DNA of 64,000 bases from Eledone cirrhosa (lineage: Eukaryota): assembly GCA_964016885.1 (NCBI GenBank), contig OZ024742.1, forward strand, positions 198,152,001 through 198,216,000, read 5' to 3'. Under the pieces are notes generated by a model, which saw only the letters and a list, made by a program, of their open reading frames with translations, had not been told where the DNA came from and made no database searches. Below are positions 14,451 to 27,378 of this stretch, in pieces. The position numbers and the translations under genes were made by a program. The number at the start of each line of letters is the position of its first letter. The first letter of the stretch is position 1.

Positions 14451-15119
14451 AACAACGATGTATTCATACGTGATTTGGTTAAACAAACCAATCGTTTTAG
14501 ATTGCGTATGAATACATTATTGCCGCCTCATTATAAAACCTGCTGGTTCACCAGAGAGAGAACTCTCTTGGACAGCGAGGTGAAAAGACCTTCCACAAGA
14601 TAACTCCTACTTTGATCCTCCTATAATCCAGCGGCGAAAGAATTGAACATTTATCAACAATGCATTTTCCACATTTCTTGAATTGTTCTTCTACGGCCTA
14701 TCTGCTATACAAGATATTCTATTGTCTGTACAGAAACTCAGCTTTCGACAATAAATTTATATTTATAGAGAATTGGGTGTTAAAGAGACATTTATCTATA
14801 TCGTGGAAGTGAGAAGCCTGTCGCTGCAAGTACGAAGCAACAAACACATTGACAAAGGTATTTTCTTATAATTGTTTGTAATAACAAGGTCCTTGGATGT
14901 TCCAACTTCATCATCATCATCATTTCATTTTACGTCTGCTTTTTCCCTGCTTGCAAGGGTGGGATGGGAACTGATTCTGGCTTGATTTCTACAGCTGGAT
15001 GCCCTTCCTAACACCAACCTCATTTACAGTGAGTGCTGGGTGCTTTTTTGCCGTGGCACCTCCACGACCACTTTACAGTGGAATGATAGGGACCCCTGTC
15101 CCTATCATCTCATTTAAAT

Positions 15120-15660
15120 GTTTAAAATGTTCTGAATCAAATTTACCAATAGTTCATTTGAAAAATTCCTGAAATAACATGAGAAACTTAAGAAATATTA
15201 GGTTTCCTTAAAGCACACAACTTCAATAAGAGAAACGCATTTTTATTTACAACAATAATTTCTGTAGAATCAAAAACATAAATTTTTGTATAAGAGAGGA
15301 TTTAGTGGCAGTAACGTATGTTTTACGGTTTTCGGTAATGATCTGTAAAACAAATTGTTTCTCAGTTTCATCTTTTGTAAGAATGTTATTGTAACCCTGA
15401 ATGAGCTTGACACCTCTTTCTGCAACATCATTCACAACTGTCTTTTTCAAGTCCACTTTTGTAACCAGGATCGACCTTCCATGTTGAAGGGTCTTTGTCG
15501 AGGAAATTGGTGCTGATAGAAAATCTCATGAAGAAAGTTATAAAAGATGAAAACTCAATGTTTGTAAAGGAAAAAAAGTCATTTTGGTGCAGAATGTATC
15601 TCTTCAGTTGATTTTTTCACCTTTGTCTGCTTCCAGCATAACTTGAGCAATATTTGCCTT
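15120..15660 (-). mobile_element. DNA transposase C-terminal fragment (probably hATm-like)
   Basis: VVNDVAERGVKLIQGYNNILTKDE motif; the family assignment is from memory. Confidence 0.55.
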
Positions 15661-15892
15661 AACCTCTCCTTTTCTCCTTGCTCTCCTTTTCTCATTGCGC
15701 TCCTTGCTCTCTTTTTCTCCTTGCTCTCCTTGCTCTCCTTTTCTCCTTGCTCTCCTTGATCTCCTTCCTCTCCCTGCTCTCCTTTTCTCATTGCTCTCCT
15801 TTCCTCCTTGTATCTATGTACTTGTTTATATACAAATACAATGAGAAAAGAGGAGCAAGGAGAAATATGAAAGCAAGGATAGTAAGGAGAGT

Positions 15893-16227
15893 CATCATCA
15901 TCATTTTACGTCCGCTTTTCCCTGCTTGCAAGGGTGGGACGGGAACTGATTCTGGCTTGATTTCTACAGCTGGATGCCCTTCCTAACACCAACCTCATTT
16001 ACAGTGAGTGCTGGGTGCTTTTTTGCCGTTTCACCTCCACGACCACTTTGCAGTGGAATGATAGGGACCGCAGTCCCTGTCATCTCATTTCTACAGCTGA
16101 GTAAACTGGAGCAATGTGAAATAAAGTGTCTTGCTCAAGGAAACAACACATCACCCGGTCTGAGAATTGAACTCACAACCTTTCGATTGCAAGGCCAATG
16201 CTCTAACCACTAAGCCATGTGCCTCCA
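15893..16227 (-). mobile_element. Young full-length tRNA/RTE-tail SINE
   Basis: Near-identical copies at 20540-20868(-), 25009-25350(+), 30014-30290(+, 5' truncated) and 14910-15115(-, partial). Confidence 0.88.
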
Positions 16228-16456
16228 TAGTAATAATAATAAATTTGAAGACTAAAATCCAAAGAGGGCTCGATAAGGATAAATATATATCAAATATATA
16301 AGAACCGTAGAGCAAATATTTATTAAAATAACAGATTAAAGTTTAAGCAAAGAATCGCTGCTTAACGGGATCTTCTGAAGATCTTTCAGAAGATTCCGTT
16401 AAGGGTGAAAGCAGCGATTCTTTGCTTAAACTTTAATCTGTTATTTTAATAAATAT
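16228..16456. mobile_element. Fold-back PLE-like non-coding element (family A)
   Basis: Inverted repeat at 16316-16456; second copy at 45589-45868 in the opposite orientation; degenerate HHR-like CAGAAGA...GAAA. Confidence 0.7.
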
Positions 16457-16526
16457 ATATATATATATTACTCAATACCGAGTACTCATTTCCCTCAGCA
16501 GTCAACCACATACAGATATATGTATA

Positions 16527-16912
16527 TTAGGGTGGCCCTTAGCAATAGGTAATTTTATGAAAGTTAAAATTTTGCTGCTCCCACAGCGAAAAATAGGTGT
16601 TTACCCTATACCTGCGCTCTGTCCCCAGCTTTGCAAGTTGCATTATATTTATTCTCACTTATCCTTCTAATAACAAGAATAAGTTTGAAAAAGTTTTTAA
16701 TTTAAGAGAAAATTATATAAGAGATAAACAAATTTTTAGCTGAAAAAAATGACTTTCTTAGCAAAAACTTCAAAATTTCATGTCAATGAGGGTCATCTTG
16801 CAGTTGTCCACTTGAGCTAAAGTTTTGCATAGATTGGGTTTTTGGTAATTGAAACAAGATAAGGGGGTGGGAGTTAAACTTTTAGAAAGTTGAAAAATAA
16901 GGGCCACCCTAA
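16527..16912. mobile_element. MITE with 15-bp TIRs (hATm-like ends)
   Basis: TTAGGGTGGCCCTTA...TAAGGGCCACCCTAA, in a TA-rich context. Confidence 0.75.
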
Positions 16913-17210
16913 TATATATATAAGCAGAAATATATAATGGAGAAAACAAGACTCTTAAGAACAAATTTTATTCCTTACACTATGTCTCATCCTTGGGGTA
17001 GAATAAATATTCATATGGATGGAATAAACAAGATTTGCTTTGCTTTGTTTAAGGCATCTAACATTATATATCATAATATCTTTTACTCTGTATTTAAGAT
17101 ATATATAGATATATATAATTGGTGTTGGATGCTTTAAGCGTCCGTATGCGGTAGGCCGTATGAACACTCGATGCTCTCATCAAGCAGGAAAATCTGCTTC
17201 GTAGCATCGA

Positions 17211-17305
17211 GATGTATCCGAGGACCACACGATTTCAGAGTCAAGTTTGATCACCACATTGATCGTGCCTCGAGCTGGTCGCCCGAGAAACAATTGTAAT
17301 ATGTC
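17211..17305 (+). ncRNA. Candidate type I hammerhead ribozyme, C4 core, extended domain II
   Basis: GAUGUAU-CCGAGGA-[62 nt]-GAAA-CAAUUG-UA|AUAUGUC; 7-bp stem I, palindromic stem III. Confidence 0.5.
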
Positions 17306-17379
17306 CAATAAATTCCTTCCGTTGCAACACTGATTCTCTTTTTTCTGTGAGATATATATATATAGAAAAGGCTTATACT

Positions 17380-17421
17380 GGACTAGAACTGTTTCATTCG
17401 GGCGAAATCATCAGGAAGTCC
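17380..17421 (-). ncRNA. Degenerate minimal hammerhead motif
   Basis: GGACU-UC-CUGAUGA-U-UUCG-CC-CGAA-U-GAAA-CAGUUCU-AGUCC; stems I and III are imperfect. Confidence 0.45.
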
Positions 17422-17572
17422 ATATATATATATATATAAATATATATATATATTTCTGAATTTGTTTAGCAAGATGCTTTATTTGAAAACGTGTGTTGAA
17501 ACCGATATACACACACACATATATATATATATATATATGTGTGTGTGTATGTGTCTATGACCAGTGTATATA

Positions 17573-18086
17573 TATACTTTGGGAGGGTCATGTTGCCAAT
17601 AAGAAACACACGCACCAGTTGCTTTCACTTCAATTTATTATAATAAATTTATAAATTTAGGAATTTATAAATTTATAAATTTCCAGTTGGTTGGTTCCAC
17701 AACCAGATGGTTGTTTATATATTGTCAAAGTTCTTTCGTCACAAATTCTGTGACCTCTTCAGTGACTGGTGATTCTTTTCTTTGTTTTTTGTGCCTCTCC
17801 TTTGTTCTGTCCTACGCCATCTTGTTTTTTGAAAAACAAGATGGCGTAGGACAGAACAAAGGAAAGGCACAAAAAATAAAGAAAAGAATCCCCAGTCACT
17901 GAAGAGGTCACAGAATGTGTGACGAAAGAACTTTGACAATATATAAACAACCATCTGGTTGTGGATCCAACCAACCAACCGGAAATTTATAAATTCCTAA
18001 ATTTATAAATTTAATTTATAATAAATTGAAGTGAAAGCAACTGGTGCATGTGTTTCTTATTGGCAACATGACCCTCCCAAAGTATA
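17573..18086. repeat. About 510-bp near-perfect palindrome, PLE-pLTR-like, with a hammerhead in each arm
   Basis: Arms mirror around about 17830; HHR motifs at 17724-17766(-) and 17895-17937(+). Confidence 0.9.
17895..17937 (+). ncRNA. Minimal type I hammerhead ribozyme
   Basis: GUCA-CUGAAGA-G-GUCACA-GAAUG-UGUGAC-GAAA-GAAC-UU|UGAC. Confidence 0.7.
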
Positions 18087-18968
18087 ACAATATATATATA
18101 TATATATATATATTACTAAAATTTTGTGATTGCTTGCTTGCTTGCTTGTCTGTAATGTAATACAGCCAAAAGGGTGCATAAGGGGAAAATACTTTGAAAG
18201 AAAGTTGACCCTGAAATGGGAATACAAATGGAATAAAACGCGGGCTCCAGAGATATGGGGTTTTCTGGGTACATTCATAAACAGAGAGAGAGAGAAGGAT
18301 AGAGAGAAAGAGATAGTGGTTCTGAGAGAGTAGATTGAAAGAGAGACATAGAAAGAGGGAGAGGAGACAGAAAATGAGAATGGAAGAGAAAGAGCTGGTG
18401 GTGTTGTTGTGTGTGTGTATATATATATATATATAAGTGTGTGTATATATATATGTGTGTGTGTCTATGACCAGTGTATATAGATCACAGACACCCATAT
18501 ATATATATACACACACATATATATATATGTATATACACACACACATTTATATATATACATACACATACACACACGTATACATATGGGCCTTCCAGTTTCA
18601 TTTCACGTTATATATGTCTTACTCTTTTACTCTTTTACCTGTTTCAGCCATCCGGCTGAGGCCATGCTGGGGCACCGCCCTTGTCTGTGTATATTTTAAT
18701 TATTTAAAAATTATTTTTAAGTGAACATGATTTTTAAAAAATATTTTGAAGTGAACCTGACCCAACGACTTATGTGTTGTCTAGTATATAATAAAAGTAA
18801 TGATATCGCTGGTATTAATTCAACATACTTGGCCAGCGTCTAGCTCACTCAATGAATCTGCTGAATTGCAGTAATGCAGCTGCAATCAGCTATTCAGAGT
18901 ACACACATTTAGTTAATAACAGATATGGTAGTTGTGTTTTGGCAGAGATACAAGTAAATATCTCAACT

Positions 18969-19092
18969 CCTGGACGATATCGTTTCTGTGTAATATCTTC
19001 ACAAATGCAGATATTACATCTGCAAGGTTCAGAAAATCACGCAAAAATCAGCAGATATTTATGTAACCGGGCTATTACATGTCTTTAGCAGG
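18969..19092 (-). ncRNA. Hammerhead-like motif with 95-nt branched domain II (G5 mutated)
   Basis: CCUG-CUAAAGA-[95 nt with several hairpins]-GAAA-CGAUAUCG-UC|CAGG, inside a roughly 664-bp unit bounded by direct repeats (18787-18824 and 19450-19488). Confidence 0.5.
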
Positions 19093-19574
19093 TTCCCAAG
19101 TCATAAGATAGGTCTATGCAGTGAGTATCTAACAATTCTCGGCATTCCCACACTGATTCTAATGAAAAGAGAAAGAATTTTCATCATAGACTAATACACG
19201 TGGTTTGATGGTTGAATTCACACCAAACAAAGCACTCTACCAGCTTCTTGTATATGCATAACGAAGTTTATGCATATATACATAACGAAGTTTATGCATA
19301 TATACATATATACAAGCAAATAATAGTTGATTTGTTATACACAGTCAAACATTCAATATTCAAAATTTAATATTAAGAAACATTAACAAGAACTATTGCA
19401 AAGTCTAACCTTATACAGGAGATTCAAATCAGTGCAGCTGGAAGTATAATATAATAAAAGCAACAAGGATCGCTGGTATTAATTCAACGTACATACATAT
19501 ATATATATGTATGCGAAACTAATAAGACTTCGTATTTTTTACATCCCTGTGTTTGTTTTATTTTATTTTTCAAC

Positions 19575-19605
<31 letters not shown>

Positions 19606-19819
19606 TGTTTCTTTTTTTGGCACAAGGCCAGCAATTATCCCAGTGCATTACTGGTACTTTATTTTATCGACCTAGTAAGGATGAAAGGTAAAGTTAACCT
19701 CGGCGGGATTTGAACTCAGACTGCAAAGGGACGTAACTATGCTGGAAAGCATGGCGTTCGACCCTCTACCGATACTGCCAATTCAATAATAATAATAATA
19801 ATAAAAGTAATAAATAATA

Positions 19820-20165
19820 CCATTCGACACGAGAGTGCAAGAGAAGGAGAGGGAGAAAATTAACCGATACCAGGACTTAAAGTGGGAGGTAAAAAAGATT
19901 TGGAACTGCCATGAAGTCAAAGTGGTCCCGATTGTCATAGGCGCACTAGGTACTATCTCAAAAAGTATCCAGGGATGGTTAAAGAAAATTGGCCCCGCCC
20001 CGCTTTTTGGAACACCTCAAAAGGTATGCTTGCTGGGAACAGCAAGAACCCTCCAATACGTCCTGAATATCTGAGGCTGCAGGTAGTGGCTTGATATTCA
20101 TTTCAACAAACTTTCCATTTAACTAACATCAATGACTGAGACTCAAAGAACAATAATAATATTAA
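19820..20165 (+). mobile_element. R4/Dong-like non-LTR element 3' end (restriction-like endonuclease), flanked by (TAA)n
   Basis: EKEREKINRYQDLKWEVKKIW...VVPIVIGALG motif; TAA repeats on both sides. Confidence 0.8.
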
Positions 20166-20180
20166 TAATCATAATAATAT

Positions 20181-20489
20181 AAGGATGATTTGTAATGTCT
20201 TCATTACGTTTATTGATTGGTGATGCACGTTTCGCTATTGATCAGCTCAAGGTTCGATCTGTATCAATCTGGCCCAACTCTGGAATCAGCTTTTGATTCC
20301 AGAGTCGAGCCAGATCGATGTAGATTGAACCTTGAGCTGATCAATAGCGAAACGCGCATCACCAATCAATAAACGTAATGAAGACATTACAAATTGTTCT
20401 TGTGTTATATTTACACTCTGTTTAGCTCTATACCTCGCTATAGACATGAATCTAAACATCGAGTGCTAACTTCACGTTACACTCCCTGA

Positions 20490-20490
<1 letters not shown>
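20181..20490. repeat. Fold-back element (palindrome 20181-20401 plus unique tail ending at (TA)n)
   Basis: Arms of about 105 bp around tcagcttttga; each arm has a GAAACG(C/T)G half-motif. Confidence 0.8.
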
Positions 20491-20525
<35 letters not shown>

Positions 20526-22340
20526 TCATTTCATTCATCATCATCATTTTACGTCCGCTTTTCCCTGCTTGCAAGGGTGGGATGGGAACTGATTCTGGCT
20601 TGATTTCTACAGCTGGATGCCCTTCCTAACACCAACCTCATTTACAGTGAGTGCTGGGTGCTTTTTTGCCATGGCACCTCCACGACCACTTTGCAGTGGA
20701 ATGATAAGGACCCCAGTCCCTATCATCTCATTTCTACAGCTGAGTAAACTGGAGCAATGTGAAATAAAGTGTCTTGCTCAAGGAAACAACACATCACCCG
20801 GTCTGAGAATTGAACTCACAACCTTTCAATTGCAAGGCCAATGCTCTAACCACTAAGCCATGTGCATCCATATATATGTGCCTCCATATATATTTACTAG
20901 AGGAAGGAAACCTTTATTTAACTACTTTACTAAACATCAATGATATGTATCTGACTGATACAGACTCTGACTTGAACTTTTCCAATCAACTCCAGTCACA
21001 TACACAACCTTTCTTTAAACAAAACTGGTATTTCAATAGAAGCCAAACTTCCTTATGTCATCATCGTTGTCACCGTTGTCACCCTCATCATTATCATCCT
21101 CGTCATCGTCTTTATCATCATCATCATCATCATATTTTTAAATCTGTAGAGTATCAGATAAAATATCTTGTGGTGTTTATTCTCGTTCTGTGTGCTCTGA
21201 GTTCAAATCCCACCAAAGTCGACTTGGAAAAAGTGTAATAAAATTTACAGCTGACACCTTTGAAAGTTTAACTGGTCCTCTAGAAGGTTGTATCTCATAA
21301 GAGTTTTCTTGCTTGTTTGCTTTGAGTGTTTTTTTCAAGATGAGGCTCCAGTTATGTTATGAAAAGCAATGTGAAATAAAGCATCTTGCTTTCAAGAATA
21401 AAACATGCCACCTGATCCAGGAATTGAACTCGCAACATTATGATCATGAATCTAACTCTGTAACCAATAAGCCATGTACCTTCACTAGCTAACTTATGGT
21501 GAAGCAACTGGAAGTGAAGCAACTGGACATTAAAAAACATTATACATGACAAAAAAAGTACATTGCTAGAAATTCCATAAGTTATAAAATAAATAGGATG
21601 GGCTGGGGGGTCGCAATATGTAAACTAAATGACTAATTATGTTTTTTTTTAAATCAACGGAGACAACCTAGAAAAATTACTGATTTTTCCACTCCCACCC
21701 ACTTATTCCAACACTCCCCACTTATTCCATCACCCCATCTCACTCACCTATTCCATGCCCACCTATTATTTGGGACCTGAGAGTACAACTAATTTTTGCA
21801 AGCTGAATGGAGTGCAGGAATGTGAAATAAAATGTATCAAGGATACAACACACTGTCATACTGCCAGAAATCAAACTCATGACCTTGCAGCCATGAGTTG
21901 AACACCCCAACCATTAAGCCATGCACCTTCCCATCACATACTACTTGAATAAATATATAATATATCACCTTCTTCAATATATTTTAAGTGACAGTTAGCT
22001 GTGTGTATAATATATACTATGGGTGTATTTTATTATTCTTGTGACATATATAAACATAGGTAATACTCCACTAAAAGTATCGGAGTAGTTCAGTGTATGT
22101 GTATATATGAATGTAAGTGTGTGTTTGTGTGTGAATGTTAAACTGACAATGTATATATAATGTGTGTGTGTGTGTGTGTATGTGAGTGGATACAGGTACT
22201 TGTCTGTGTGTGTGTAGGTGTACATGTAATATTCTCATATGGATATGTACACACACAAATATATACACACACACACATACATACACACACACACACATAC
22301 ATACACACATACATACACATACACATACATAGACACACAT

Positions 22341-22383
<43 letters not shown>

Positions 22384-22729
22384 GTATGTAGAGATGACAC
22401 AAAAGAATACTGCAGCAAGCTGTTAAAATATAAAAGTGAAAAAGTTAAGAAAGGTGTGAATAAAGAAGACAAATGTTAGACAAAATATTTACACAAAAAT
22501 AAGAATAATGTGTGTACAGTAGAAATATTTACACTGGATAGAACGCGAAGAAGGATTCTGATGGGGTTGAACTCCTTATCAAAGTAGAGTAAGAAAAGAA
22601 CAAAAAAGAAATAAAATGTATAGGAATGATACAATCTTGTAGTGTATAACTCATACAAGCATGGAAAATGGCCGATAGACCATGATGATGATGATATATA
22701 TATATACATATATATATAACAAAGAAAGT

Positions 22730-23571
22730 GTGGTAAGGAACCAGGTGGACCTTAACGCACCAGAGTCCTTTAAAACCTTCACAAGGATGCTTCAAGCAAA
22801 CTACAACACTCAATTTTGAAACCCATTGCCTTCATATGGCTTCCTGCTTCATCCAGCGTGGATATCCCCCCACACCCTGATCCAAGCTGCTCTCACACGC
22901 ACCCGTGAATAGACCACACCACAGCCCTCTCACCTCACCCCCGCCCACCCAACACCCACGTTCCTTTTCCTCTCACCTACCACCCCATCACCCTACCACT
23001 CCGGCGACATATCCTCTGTTCCTTCCGTATCCTCTCTTCTGACCCCGTCACTTCTCGCTTTTTTCTAATCACACCCATTACTGCTTTTAAACGCGCCCGC
23101 AACCTCCCCGACATCCTGGTTCGCAGTTCCTTTTCATTCTCGCCCACGACTCCACCCGGCTCTCATCCTTGTTCCCGTTCCTGCTGCAACACTTGTCCCT
23201 TTATTTCCACCCTCACCACTCTTACAGGCCCTAATGCGTCTTTCTGTATCCGCCATTCCTTTACCTGCACATCCACCCACGTTGTCTATGCCCTCCGGTG
23301 TTCCCTTTGTGGGTCTTTATATATTGGACAAACGGGACGCCGTATGGCAGACCGTTTTGCTGAACATTTGAGGGACATACGACTCGGTTTAGATTCTCCT
23401 GTCGCCCGTCATTTCTGTTCTCCTGGCCATTCTTCCCTACATTTTTCAGTCCTGGGTGTCCTTTTACATCATGGATCACAGGCCTCACGCACCAGGACTG
23501 AACAAAGTCTGATTCACCACCTTGGGTCCTATTCCCCTCTTGGACTCAACTCACCTCCCCAATTTCTCTAA
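22730..23571 (+). mobile_element. Penelope-like element C-terminus with GIY-YIG endonuclease
   Basis: C..C..C..C region, then VVYALRCSLCGSLYIGQTGRRMADRFAEHLRDI...PVARHF...PLGLN. Confidence 0.9.
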
Positions 23572-23949
23572 TACCACGTCCATTATCACACCCCTAGATT
23601 CCTATCGCTTTCTCTTGATCATTAACAGCTTCTCTTACAATTAATACAGGCCGACTATATATGCTCACTCCACTTTTCCCTTCACTGCTCTGTATACACA
23701 CATACACACCCTTATATAAACATACTTTTGCTCAGAGCTTCGTACTTACATATGCACACACTCTTTTACTCACATATACACACACATTTCTTCTTAGCTT
23801 CATACGGACGTATAATGACAAACACACACGCACACTTATGCACGTGGTTAAGTATAGCTCTTTTTACAAAACGTTTTTTTTTTCCATTTCATTTAGACGT
23901 GCTCCATCATCCACTTTTCTAAAAAAAATAAATCATACACATAAATGAA

Positions 23950-24605
23950 CTAAGTGAGAAATTAGGAATAAGAGGGATCAGATGCTGTTTACTCGAGAGA
24001 AGACTACGTTGGTATGGTCACGTGATGCACATGAAAGACGACAGCTGTATAAAAAAGTGCAGGCAATCAAAATTGACGGAAGTTACAGAGTAGGCAGACC
24101 CAGAAAAACCTGGGACGATTTGATAAATTCCGACCTTCCACACTTACACCTCTCTAAGGCAATGTCACTGGACCGAGATCTTTGGCGCTATGCAGTAATA
24201 CAGAAAACCCGCCTTGCCTAAGTACAAAGTGAAACTTACAGTCAGTAGGCACCTCTTAATCAAATATACACCCCCATCCGACTACCCCAACTCCCCTACC
24301 CCGCCCCCACCAACACCACCCCTTTCAATGTAAAGTTATGTTGGTACCACAACATTCAGTCCTAAATAAATGAGGTTGTGTAGGTGTCACGACAAAAAAA
24401 ACACACAGTCCACGCTGTAATGTGGCCGTGTAGGTAACACGGTAAAAACCTCCCAGTCCACACTGTAAACAAGGTTGGTGCTAGGAAGGGCATCCAGCCG
24501 TAGAAAACCTCCCAGAGAGTCCTATACAAATGAGACAACCAATCTTGCCTCAAGTGGGACAATTCCCGTCTAAACCCATGCTAGCGTGGAAGATAGACGT
24601 TCAAC

Positions 24606-24645
<40 letters not shown>
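23950..24645 (+). mobile_element. RTE LINE 3' end
   Basis: GRPRKTWDDLI...DRDLWR, 3' UTR and (GAT)n tail homologous to 47950-48600. Confidence 0.9.
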
Positions 24646-24736
24646 TCAACATAAATGGACCTGTTATTTTTATCTAAAGACATTTTTTCCAATTCCAACC
24701 CACCCGTCCCCTCAATCTATTTTATTTCTCATTCTT

Positions 24737-24772
24737 TCTTCTGATGAAAGATTAGCGTCCGAAACGTTAAGA
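24737..24772 (+). ncRNA. Minimal type I hammerhead in PLE pseudo-LTR-like sequence
   Basis: UCUU-CUGAUGA-AAGAUUAGCGUCC-GAAA-CG-UU|AAGA; same strand as, and downstream of, the GIY-YIG ORF; stem II weakened. Confidence 0.65.
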
Positions 24773-25587
24773 CCCTCATACTGCTATATCAAGTGTTAAC
24801 TTAATATATCCCTTCCAGATACTGTACCGATTGTGTTGTTATTTCTGTTTACCTTTTACATATATATATGTATATATACAGTCGCTTTTTATGCTAACTT
24901 GAATGACGCGAATTCGCTTTAATGCCTCTTGAAAGAATCTCATTAAATATTCACTTTGCATGAATAATGCGCGATAACGCATGTCATTCAACATTTTTTT
25001 ATTTATCAGGAGGCACATAGCTTAGTGGTTAGAGCATGGCCTTGCAATCGAAAGGTTGTGAGTTCAATTCTCAGACCGAGTGGTGTGTTGTTTCCTTGAG
25101 CAAGACACTTTATTTCACATTGCTCCAGTTTACTCAGCTGTAGAAATGAGATGACAGGGACTGAGGTCCCTATCATTCCACTGCAAAGTGGTCGTGGAGG
25201 TGAAACGGCAAAAAAGCACCCAGCACTCACTGTAAATGAGGTCGGTGTTAGGAAGGGCATCCAGCTGTAGAAATCAAGCCAGAATCAGTTCCCGTCCCAC
25301 CCTTGCAAGCAGAGAAAAAGCGGACGTAAAATGAAATGATGAATGAAATGATCAGAAAATTAGACTTGAATTACATAAATTTGCTTTACATGCCGCGTTC
25401 ACGGACACATCTCTGCAAAATAAGTGAACACACTATATGTGTGTATATATATACACACATATAGTGTGTTCACTTATATATATATATATATATATAACCA
25501 AAGATTAATATGGTTCGTTGATTATTCAACGAATACAATTTTACAATAGATTAGAAGCACTCGACAGAAGATTTTCCTGGAGTATTT

Positions 25588-25790
25588 AATATTATTCAAA
25601 ATATTAATAAATATAAATATTCTCATACTATTTGAATTGAATAATCAAAACTGTAGCAGTATGTATGTCGCATATCAAATCTTATATTTTGTCTGATGAA
25701 AATATACTTAAACACCATTGTACCTTTGAAATATGTATAATATAATATATATTTTGATTATGAGAATATTTTTCATTTATTAATATTTTG

Positions 25791-25800
<10 letters not shown>
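25588..25800. repeat. AT-rich inverted-repeat element with decayed hammerhead (25685-25746)
   Basis: Terminal inverted arms atattattcaaaatattaataaat; CUGAUGA...GAAAUAUGUAUA is homologous to 46832-46896. Confidence 0.55.
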
Positions 25801-25830
<30 letters not shown>

Positions 25831-26589
25831 GTGGTGATGTATTTGTTTTGCAAGGTTTTTGATATGAAATCGTGTGTTGAAACAGATATTGTTCAAACCA
25901 AACAATGAGGGTGTTTTACTATTTTTGGCAATATTAGGACAACATGACCCTCCAAATATAACAATATATATATTTCATTTTATTATTATGGAACAAAGCT
26001 TATCGAATAGAATGGACACAGCTTTAGTAATTTCCTCACTCACTCAATAATTTCATTAAGTCCGAATTATTAAGATTTGAACCCAACTGATTAGAGTGTA
26101 CACATACATTAATCAGTGAGGAAGACGACTTCATGTGGGTAGGAAATTTGAGTTACTCAGATTTATGCACCAGTTTCTATGATTCTGATCTGCCAGTAAT
26201 GCTTTTGATGTGTCACCTACATGACCACTTTACAGTGTGGGTTGGGTGCTTTTTGACGTGTCACCTACATGACCACTTTACAGTGTGGGTTGGGTGCTTT
26301 TTCACATGTCACCTACATGACCACTTTACAGTGTGGGTTGGGTGCTTTTTGATGTGTCACCTACATGACCACTTTGCAGCGGGCTGAGGATTTTGGTGGG
26401 GGAGATGTACAGGGACTGGGGAGGTGGGTATAGGATCATGTGTGAGGGGGCTGAGTGTTAGGACATAAGATGTGTTTGGAAGAGGGGGAGGGGTGGAGGT
26501 GACGATGGTGCATACTAGATGTAAGCTCATGGGAAGGCAGGTTTTCTGTATCATGTAGCAAGCAGTTGACTTTTGAGATGGAGGCATTC

Positions 26590-26960
26590 TCTAAACATTT
26601 CGCTCTTTGAGTTCAAATAATTTTTGTTCAGAGATGACAAACCTTGTAATATTTTAAACTTCTCACTAAGACAAATACGACATCTCTTGGTATCATTGGT
26701 TTAAGAACTGCCCTCTCCAACAGAAATGTATGTGAGTCAAAGATTACACAAAACACCAAAATTCTGAAGTTAGCAAAAGATACATCGGTATGGTGCAAGA
26801 TTGTTTTAAACAATGCTTTTACTCACATCTCTATTCCTTCAGGAATCCTGATATGAGAACAAGTACAGCACTAACCAAAATAGTCTGGAAATTAAAGGAG
26901 AAGGGAGTCCCACATAAGATTACATGTAATATACTTGAAAGATCCAGTCCTTACACCAAT
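26590..26960 (+). mobile_element. Penelope-like GIY-YIG fragment
   Basis: YIGMVQDCFKQCFYSHLYSFRN...STALTKIVWKLKE. Confidence 0.7.
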
Positions 26961-27378
26961 GGTATATATATATATAGTAATGCAGAAGATCCGACTTCTC
27001 ATGAGGACAAGCCGAAGCATATATACAGTATGCCCCACTCCACCCTCCCATACACCCCCATGAGGACAGGCCAAAGTAAATGCATCCAGTGAAGCCATCA
27101 GCCCACACTGTAAAGTGGTCGTGTAGGCGTCACAACAAAAAGCACCCTCTATTCACTGTAAATGAGGTTGACATTAAGAAGGGCACCCAGCTGTAGAAAC
27201 CAAGCAAGAATCAGTCCCGTATGAGCAAGACATAGTCAACTGACCTAGCATTGCCCATAACAGGACAACCCGTCTAACCCATGCTAGCATGGAAAAGGGA
27301 TGTAAGCCGGAGGTGATGATGATATATGAATATACACAGAAATATAGGTATATATATCATTAACATGGTATATATATA

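Noticed and set aside
15579-15880. Glu/Lys/Gln-rich ORF
   Set aside because: Low-complexity ctccttgct repeat.
16150-16227. tRNA gene
   Set aside because: It is the tRNA-derived head of a multi-copy SINE.
16385-16420. CAGAAGA...GAAA as an active ribozyme
   Set aside because: No NUH triplet in register; kept only as a degenerate motif.
20320-20365. Hammerhead-like CUGAUCA...GAAACGCG
   Set aside because: Lacks G8, a proper NUH site and stem I; at most a half-motif.
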